64,000 nt of DNA, taken from Candidatus Woesearchaeota archaeon CG10_big_fil_rev_8_21_14_0_10_45_16. GTDB lineage: Archaea > Nanobdellota > Nanobdellia > Woesearchaeales > GW2011-AR9. The position numbers were made by a program, and so were the translations under genes. Where the stretch lies: positions 70,463 through 134,462 of the forward strand of contig PCXY01000003.1 in the NCBI GenBank assembly GCA_002762785.1, given 5' to 3'. Under the pieces are notes generated by a model. It was not told the DNA's origin. It saw nothing but the letters and a program-made list of their open reading frames with translations, and searched no databases. Shown one piece after another: positions 57,091-64,000 of the stretch (position 1 is its first letter; every line of letters begins with the position of its first letter).

Positions 57091-57324
57091 ATGGCCACCA
57101 AAACATTAACTATCATGGATGACGTGTATGATCTTCTGCTGAGAAATAAGCTAGAAGATGAAAGCTTTTCTGAAGAAATCAGACGCATCTTATCTAAGAA
57201 AAAATCTAAAAAATTAATAGATTATTATGGTATTATCTCTCACAAAGATGGAGATGAGATAAAGCTGGTTCTTGAAAAGAAACGTGAAGAGAATATAAAA
57301 TTGAAAAAAACGAGGTATCTATGA
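57091..57324 (+). CDS. vapB: VapB-type antitoxin
   Basis: MATKTLTI.DDVY..L...K..DESFSEEIRR. Confidence 0.88.
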   Translation: MATKTLTIMDDVYDLLLRNKLEDESFSEEIRRILSKKKSKKLIDYYGIISHKDGDEIKLVLEKKREENIKLKKTRYL

Positions 57325-57707
57325 AAGTTTTAGATACTTCTTTTCTTATTGATCTTATGCATGGTGATCCAAAAACCAAGCCCATAGCAGAATTGAACGA
57401 AATCTTACTGACAACTCAGATTAATATGTATGAGATCATGGTTGGTTTATTCTATAAAAACATGAAACCATCAAAATTATTACAAATTCAAGAAATGTTT
57501 GAGAATATCAGGGTTCTGCCTCTAGATGAAAATGGCATTATGCGATCAGCCGAGATTAGTGCTAACCTTATCAAGAGGGGAGAGATTATAGAAGATTGTG
57601 ATTGTCTTACTGCAGGCATAGCCCTTAGTAGGGGAATATCTACTATTGTTACTGCTAACAAAAAGCATTTCCAAAGGATTAAAGGAATCACGGTAGAATC
57701 GTATTAA
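57321..57707 (+). CDS. vapC: VapC PIN-domain toxin
   Basis: VLDTSFLID, E, DCLTAG, TANKKHF; ATGA overlap with vapB. Confidence 0.9.
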   Translation: MKVLDTSFLIDLMHGDPKTKPIAELNEILLTTQINMYEIMVGLFYKNMKPSKLLQIQEMFENIRVLPLDENGIMRSAEISANLIKRGEIIEDCDCLTAGIALSRGISTIVTANKKHFQRIKGITVESY

Positions 57708-57767
57708 TATAGTCGGTGACTAACACAAACCTTTATATACCTTCTTTCTTTCCTTTTCCCATAAACT

Positions 57768-60083
57768 ATGAGTAAAAAAAAAGGGATGGGTCTAGCAGAT
57801 GGTGTTTTCTCCAGCAGAGGTCAGGTTACAGTCTTTATCATAATAGGTATCATTCTCGTCTTTGCTTTTGCCGGCATTCTTTATGTGACACAAAACGTCA
57901 GCGAGAGTCAGTTAGAGACCCAGGAGACAATACTCACCTCCAGCGTGCCCCAGGCTTTCGCTCCGGTGCAGTTTTATACTGAAAACTGCCTGGAACAGAT
58001 CGCTAAAAGGGGGCTGCTTATCTTAGGAGAACAAGGTGGTTATATCAATCCTGATCTGATCGGCGATTTCTCATTATCTGATCCTACCGAGCATGATGGG
58101 ATTTACCTGGAACCGCTGAAAGTTCCTTATTGGCATTACAACCAGAATCCAAATCAAGCTAATGAAATGGCTTTCGCTTCATTACGTCCTGGAATGACTA
58201 TCAAGGATAATCCTGAACTGAGCATTGAGGCCCAGCTCAGCAGGTATGTCCGTGAGGAGATTAATGGCTGCTTAGAAAATTATGATCCTTTCAGGACCCA
58301 GGGATTCACTTTTTCTGATGTTGCAGTGAATGACGTCGATGTTCGTATTCTTCCACAGGAAGTATTATTCTCGATGGACCTGCCGTTAGAAGCTGCTATC
58401 GGCGATTCCGAGGGTCGTTTTGACCATTTCGTGGTCCGTGTGCCGCTGCAATTACAGCGGTATTATACCTTAGCGCAGAACATCACTTTAACAGAACAGG
58501 AATTTGGTTATTTGGAGAATATTGGCCTTAATCTAGTGCAAATCTATTCCGGCGTTGATCGTGATCGGTTGCCTCCGACAACAGCTACTACTTTCGATGA
58601 AACCAGTTTCATCTTCTGGCAGACCAACAATGTTGAAGAAAAGTTTAAACAGATGCTGGTCTCTAATGTGCCGTTGATTAGGTATTTCTCTGCTGATAAT
58701 TATTTCCGGTATGAATATCCGGTGTCTGACTTGAGCGGCCTCTATCAAAGAACATCTGACGACATGATCATCCCTTTGGGCGGAGCTGAAGGCCTGGAAG
58801 TGCGGTTTGATTATTTTAATTGGGATATTTTCTTAGATATCAATGAAGGTGAGAAGTCTATCGAACCAGCCGAGTACAAGTTCAAGAGTCCTTTGCCAGT
58901 TATCCCTTTTTCGTTCAGTATCCAGAACTATTATAATACCTATGACTTCAGTTATCCGGTTCTGGTTTCGATCACTGATCCTGAAGCTCTTAACGGTGAG
59001 GGATATACTTTTAATTTTGCCATGGAAGCTAATGTCGTCAATAATCGTGTGGCTAAAGCAGATAAAGTGGAACCGGCTGCCGTTTCTTTAGCTTCTAGTT
59101 TAGTCTGTAATGATAACCAGCGCGATACTGAGATAATCAGGACGCTGGTGGTGGACAGCGAAAACGGCGATCCTTTGGAGCTGGTAAGATTAGGATTCCA
59201 AGTGCCGCAGCAGGATTTCTGCGCTATCGGACAGACCGACAGTTCAGGAGTGCTGGAAGCGAGTTATCCGGCGGTATTCGGCGGAGTTATTGATTTTGAG
59301 CGTGAAGGATATTTGACCAATTTTTATCCGATCAATACTTACGAATATAAAGAGCAACCAGGTATTATTGGTTATGCAGCATTAACTGGGCAGAGTCCGG
59401 TGATAGAGATGCATCGCATCAAGACGATTAATGCTACCATCAAACAGAAATCATTGGAGAAGTGCGTTGATAGGAACTGTCCGACCCGCGGCTTCTTTGA
59501 TGGCGCCGATGCTTTGATTTCCTACAAGCCTGATTTAGTTAATGAGCGGCATTCTTGGTCTTTTTCCAATGCTGCCCGCGACCTTGATCCCGAAGAGACG
59601 GGGGTATTAACCTTGCGTCGGATAAGAGATACTAATCCTAGTGTTATTCAAGATGATTTCGCTTCAGCAGTTTCCGTCACCGGTAATCAGGAAGTAGAAA
59701 TACAATTGGTTCCGGGGGTCTATGAAGTGACTGGTCTGGTCTCTCGCGATGAATCTTTATTTGTACCTGAGGATGAACGCTGCACAGGCGGTATCCTGGA
59801 AGCAATTTCTTGTGGGGATAGCGACGGCTGTTGTTATCCGATTGATCCAGTTGAAATTCCGCAGTTTGTAACCGGTCAGGTATCCTGGGATACCGAGAAG
59901 AGTTACTTGGTGATAACACCGGAACAATTATATGGCTCAAAGGAAATTACTTTTTACATTTTAACCTATAACATCTATGACGTGCCCGAAAATTTACGGA
60001 TTATAGAGGATCTGCAGGTTATGGGTAATCTGACCAGCGTATCAAAAGAGCTTAGAAGTTTATTAGAACCGAGGTATAGTTAG
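57768..60083 (+). CDS. Large protein with class III (pilin-like) signal peptide
   Basis: SRG/QVTVFIIIGIILV prepilin-type cleavage motif. Confidence 0.75.
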   Translation: MSKKKGMGLADGVFSSRGQVTVFIIIGIILVFAFAGILYVTQNVSESQLETQETILTSSVPQAFAPVQFYTENCLEQIAKRGLLILGEQGGYINPDLIGDFSLSDPTEHDGIYLEPLKVPYWHYNQNPNQANEMAFASLRPGMTIKDNPELSIEAQLSRYVREEINGCLENYDPFRTQGFTFSDVAVNDVDVRILPQEVLFSMDLPLEAAIGDSEGRFDHFVVRVPLQLQRYYTLAQNITLTEQEFGYLENIGLNLVQIYSGVDRDRLPPTTATTFDETSFIFWQTNNVEEKFKQMLVSNVPLIRYFSADNYFRYEYPVSDLSGLYQRTSDDMIIPLGGAEGLEVRFDYFNWDIFLDINEGEKSIEPAEYKFKSPLPVIPFSFSIQNYYNTYDFSYPVLVSITDPEALNGEGYTFNFAMEANVVNNRVAKADKVEPAAVSLASSLVCNDNQRDTEIIRTLVVDSENGDPLELVRLGFQVPQQDFCAIGQTDSSGVLEASYPAVFGGVIDFEREGYLTNFYPINTYEYKEQPGIIGYAALTGQSPVIEMHRIKTINATIKQKSLEKCVDRNCPTRGFFDGADALISYKPDLVNERHSWSFSNAARDLDPEETGVLTLRRIRDTNPSVIQDDFASAVSVTGNQEVEIQLVPGVYEVTGLVSRDESLFVPEDERCTGGILEAISCGDSDGCCYPIDPVEIPQFVTGQVSWDTEKSYLVITPEQLYGSKEITFYILTYNIYDVPENLRIIEDLQVMGNLTSVSKELRSLLEPRYS

Positions 60084-63000
60084 ATGAATATGCAAAAGAG
60101 CTGGATGAGTATCTTCATGGCGATGCTAGTGTTAACATTGCCCTTCTATTCTGCTTCAGCTCTGGCTGCCAGCGTTTCCGTCACCAGCAACAGCGGTGAG
60201 GACGGTTTTCAGGATGGTTCTTTAAACGGCTGGATCAATGGTGAAGGGGATACCTGGAATTTAGAAGTGGTGGTTGATGATCCTCTTCTTGAAACCATCG
60301 ATCCAAATCAGGTTGTCTTGGTTCTTGGCACAGCCGAAAGACCGTTCCAATCCTGCGCTGATTCCGCTTTAGGCGCTACCTGTACTTTTGCGGAACCGTT
60401 CCCTCGCGGTCTTAATGATGGGGAATACCCATTCTATGTCGAATATCGTTTTATCAATGAGAACGGCGTGCCCGATACTGTCAGAAGCATCCAGCATGTT
60501 CTCCGTTCTGATGCCAGCGCGCCCAAAGTAGAGGGTTTCTCTATCCGTCAGCAGGGACAGGATGTTCTGATGGATTTCAGAGTGACTGATCAACCTGCAA
60601 CCGTCCCTGCCGTGGGCATACGATCCATCGAAGTTTATGATAGTGATACCGGCGCGGTGTTGCAGTCAATCTCTTTGGAACAAGGCGATATCACGTTTAA
60701 TTATATCAATGACGGCGGTTTCGGCGGCCGTTTGCAGTCGTCTTTAGAAGGGCAAGGAAGGATGTCAGTGAAGGTACGGGCGACTGATTATTTTGATCAT
60801 AATGCCGTCAGCTCTGGTGATAATAGATTAACTTTTGATTACGTTCCTCCTCAACCTCTCAATGTTTCGTTTACTCGTCTGGGTCAATTTATGGGCACCC
60901 ATCCGGTAATCAGCGATATGGTCGTTTATATCGATGAGCTCAGCGCCCTTAATGAAGTGCAGGCTTTCAGTTCAGAGGTAGAATTAGCTGGACAGCGGGG
61001 AAATTGTGTTCGTGTTGCTGGTTCCGATACGTTATGGAAATGCACCTGGGCTAACGCAGAAGTCAATCCGAATGCGCAAGTTTCGGTGCGTATCGCTACT
61101 TCAGACCAGTTTCAGAATCCCGTCGACACTACTTTAACCCAAACCTTCACGGTGGACAGCGATCCGCCAGTTCTGCAGTTCTTCGGTTCTGAAAGAACGT
61201 ATCAAGGCGCGAGTTACATTCCTCGTAATAAGGATACTAAACTGATCTTACAAGCTGCAGAACAAGGAGCGGGTGTCGATCTGATAAATGGTATTCGAGC
61301 CAACTTGGTCGATTTTACGGGAGGTTCAGCCAGCGCTCAGGCTACGGAATGCGTCGAACAGGAAGACCAGATCTTCTGCTTCTGGAACGTCAGGTTCAGC
61401 CGCGACAATGATGCTGTCCGTGTCGCCTTGTCAACATTTGAAGACAGAGTAGGAAATGCTGGTGTCGGTGCGGAAGGAACCTTGCAGGAACTTGATCTGC
61501 ATATTGATGATGTTGCTCCGGTAGTTGAGAGATTAGATATTTTTGGCATCTCTGAATCCGGTGTCCATGATTATTTTCAGAGCCGGGATGCGGTCCAGTT
61601 AAATATGGTTGTTGATGAAGCGCATGGCTTATTGATATTGGTCGATCTGCGTGATCTGTTAACTGATGCTTTAGATAAGTTCCCAGAAGGACCTTTCAAT
61701 GAAGCAGGTTGGTTTGCTGTTTCTGAAGAAGATGCCTGTGAACGGGTCGATGCCAAATGGGATTGTAAGATCGAACTTCCTGAACAGATCCGTTCCGGTC
61801 CTGACAGTTCCGTGCCATTACAAGTACGGGTTTTAGATACTGCCGGTAATGCTGCAACTAATTATCCTGATACTGATAATGCTCGATTAACTTCAGCTCG
61901 TGATGGTAAATATTCAATTGATCTGTTAGGTTTAGATGAAAATGAGGTTGATCCTGATTTCTGGGGTATCCAAAGAATCACTAGCCCGGTACCGTTTGTC
62001 GATCTTGAATCGGCTGCTTTGGTGCCGATGCGGGTGCCATATACAATTAATCTTGAAACTAAGAATGACGCTGAGATGCTGAACGTTAAGTTATTAGGCT
62101 GTCAGCTTGGTGAGGGCAGTGATAATGCCACCGGGAAAGGTCCTGATATCGGTAAGGCTTTATTGATGGGCGGTGTCAGTGAATCTCCGCAGATTGTCTT
62201 AGAATTTGATCAGTTTGAGGGGAAAGAATTCTTCGACGTCGAGAAAGATTTTGAAGATTTTGAATCCGCAAAAGTTGAATATGTCTGCAATTTACAATTA
62301 TTCTCTAAGATCGGCCGGGCGGCGGTGCGAGCGGCTGAGAATCAGGAAGTCAAGTTAGAAGTGCGGTTTGGATTGACTGAGCTGGGCAGTAAAGATGAGA
62401 ATATTGATGCGAAATTGGATGAGATCAGGGATGAGGTTGGTTTTAGCATCTTAAACAAGATTCGGTTCTTGGCTGATATTATTAAGTGGGGTAGATACCT
62501 GGCTCAAATTGTTACTATCATTAATAATTTCATGCTGTTGGTTGATGGCTTTATTCATGCTAGTGAAGGATTGAGGATAGTCCCAATTTATGGTTTTTCA
62601 ATTGCAAGCGCTTCTTGTCAGACTAATCTTGGTGTAAAAGCGACTGGATATAGTTTTATGTCCTATCTTCAATGGCCGGCGCAAGTTTTAAGTTGTAATC
62701 CGGCACCTTTTGCTGGCAGTGCGTATGGAACATACCAAAGTGGGGTACTTAGTTATTATAACGGTTGGAAATCTCAAGCTCTTATCGGAGGAAGGGAATC
62801 AACGATAGTTCAATCAGGCAGTTTATATGATAATATCTGGACTTCAGGTTTAGGTCTTTGCCTTCCTGGTGTTATTTATAATTTAGAAAAATACCGCCAG
62901 ATACGATGTGTGGAGATGCAATGCTTGGCTGAAGCTGTTCCTGCTGGAACTTCTACATTTGAAGGATGTAAAAGGATGGGCGAAAGGCTTGAATGTAAAT

Positions 63001-63290
63001 ACTTCTGGGGAGAAGCTGTGGGGATACTTATTCCTTTCACTGGTCTCTTTGAAGCTATCAAGAATTTCATAACAGGAATATTACGAAGTCCGATCAGTCT
63101 TGTTTCAGGTACATCAACTTTGCTTTGTTCATCGTTTTGTCCTACGAATGGTTTCTGGGCAACAGCCTGTGATTGGACTGGTAACGGTTTATTGCTGATT
63201 GAAATTTTTGATAATATCATCGGTCTGGTCGACAGTTATCCTACTGTCACGTACGATGTCTGTTCAGAATATGAGGGCGATATCTTTTAA
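60084..63290 (+). CDS. Large secreted protein with Ig-like repeats and Cys-rich C-terminal region
   Basis: Signal peptide; repeated D..GN / D..PP Ig-like motifs. Confidence 0.7.
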   Translation: MNMQKSWMSIFMAMLVLTLPFYSASALAASVSVTSNSGEDGFQDGSLNGWINGEGDTWNLEVVVDDPLLETIDPNQVVLVLGTAERPFQSCADSALGATCTFAEPFPRGLNDGEYPFYVEYRFINENGVPDTVRSIQHVLRSDASAPKVEGFSIRQQGQDVLMDFRVTDQPATVPAVGIRSIEVYDSDTGAVLQSISLEQGDITFNYINDGGFGGRLQSSLEGQGRMSVKVRATDYFDHNAVSSGDNRLTFDYVPPQPLNVSFTRLGQFMGTHPVISDMVVYIDELSALNEVQAFSSEVELAGQRGNCVRVAGSDTLWKCTWANAEVNPNAQVSVRIATSDQFQNPVDTTLTQTFTVDSDPPVLQFFGSERTYQGASYIPRNKDTKLILQAAEQGAGVDLINGIRANLVDFTGGSASAQATECVEQEDQIFCFWNVRFSRDNDAVRVALSTFEDRVGNAGVGAEGTLQELDLHIDDVAPVVERLDIFGISESGVHDYFQSRDAVQLNMVVDEAHGLLILVDLRDLLTDALDKFPEGPFNEAGWFAVSEEDACERVDAKWDCKIELPEQIRSGPDSSVPLQVRVLDTAGNAATNYPDTDNARLTSARDGKYSIDLLGLDENEVDPDFWGIQRITSPVPFVDLESAALVPMRVPYTINLETKNDAEMLNVKLLGCQLGEGSDNATGKGPDIGKALLMGGVSESPQIVLEFDQFEGKEFFDVEKDFEDFESAKVEYVCNLQLFSKIGRAAVRAAENQEVKLEVRFGLTELGSKDENIDAKLDEIRDEVGFSILNKIRFLADIIKWGRYLAQIVTIINNFMLLVDGFIHASEGLRIVPIYGFSIASASCQTNLGVKATGYSFMSYLQWPAQVLSCNPAPFAGSAYGTYQSGVLSYYNGWKSQALIGGRESTIVQSGSLYDNIWTSGLGLCLPGVIYNLEKYRQIRCVEMQCLAEAVPAGTSTFEGCKRMGERLECKYFWGEAVGILIPFTGLFEAIKNFITGILRSPISLVSGTSTLLCSSFCPTNGFWATACDWTGNGLLLIEIFDNIIGLVDSYPTVTYDVCSEYEGDIF

Positions 63291-63363
63291 GATGGTGTCG
63301 CTGTCTACTTTTTCTGACCAGTTGTCTAAAAAAAAAGGACAAGTCACTATCAATCTTAGACAT

Positions 63364-63924
63364 ATGTCTAAAAAAATAGACGCTCTGGCCATTTTCTTGA
63401 GAGATTATTCTAATTCATATAATGGAAGAGAAATTTCACGCAGAATAAAAGTTAGTCCACAAACAGCATTGACGGTTTTAAACAGTTTAGTAGCAGAAAA
63501 GGTTCTTAGTGTTCAGAGAGATGGAAGAAATAAGGTTTATTCTTTGAACAAGAGTAATCTGCTCACAAAACAGATGCTTCAGGTAGCTGAAATCTCTAAA
63601 GCATCTATGATATTGAATGATTCAGAGTTTCGGTTAATTATTGAGACTTTAATCCCTTTCGCAGAAACTATTGTCGTCTTTGGTAGTTTCGCAAAAGGGA
63701 AGCAAAAAGAGAGTTCTGATTTGGATTTGATAATTATCAATGGTCAGAAAGAAAAAATTAGATCAGCTGTTAAAATATTTCCCCGCGAGATCAACTTTGA
63801 ACTTAGCACTTGGAAAAGTTATGCTGACAGTTTTCGTAAGAAGAATACTTTAGCTATGGAAGTCATAAAAGATCATTTGATCTATGGAAACGTTTTTAAG
63901 GTTGTCGAGGTTTATTGTCAATGA
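63364..63924 (+). CDS. HTH-nucleotidyltransferase (MNT) protein
   Basis: GREISRRIKVSPQT HTH; VFGSFAKG...SDLDL NTase motif. Confidence 0.85.
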   Translation: MSKKIDALAIFLRDYSNSYNGREISRRIKVSPQTALTVLNSLVAEKVLSVQRDGRNKVYSLNKSNLLTKQMLQVAEISKASMILNDSEFRLIIETLIPFAETIVVFGSFAKGKQKESSDLDLIIINGQKEKIRSAVKIFPREINFELSTWKSYADSFRKKNTLAMEVIKDHLIYGNVFKVVEVYCQ

Positions 63925-64000
63925 TGAACAAAGCGGTGACGATGTTTGTATTGTTTATGCTGCTAGGCAGTATGATAGTTGCTGCTCAGGAAGAAGTTGT
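63921..64000 (+). CDS. Start of a secreted protein (partial)
   Basis: MMNKAVTMFVLFMLLGSMIVAAQEE signal peptide; runs off the window. Confidence 0.55.
   Translation, partial: MMNKAVTMFVLFMLLGSMIVAAQEEV

Overview
Archaeal genomic DNA. Evidence: Spt5/SecE, aEF-1alpha, uS10, eL15, NreA, NurA, RtcB, intron-containing tRNAs and TATA-type promoters. The gene set and style suggest a DPANN lineage such as Woesearchaeota (inference). The main discovery is at 1-8446: an AT-rich array of at least 6 complete gene cassettes (plus one truncated by the window edge) next to a divergently oriented IntI-like tyrosine recombinase that lacks the integron-integrase I2 insertion. Cassettes are joined by an invariant 15-bp palindrome, CATAAC-GAT-GTTATG. 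Instead of a classical attC, each cassette carries long cassette-specific terminal inverted repeats plus conserved covarying side hairpins, i.e. an 'inside-out' integron-like system with an attI-like terminal site at 7125-7216. Other highlights: a full-length bacterial RpoD/sigma70-like gene with an altered Trp dyad, followed by a candidate structured ncRNA; a tRNA-Ser(CGA) with three introns; a Fis-type double-HTH protein; a CBS-HPF hibernation-factor-like gene; a voltage-sensor-only membrane protein; and several small ORFs missing from the supplied track. All calls come from reading the sequence by eye; no searches were run.
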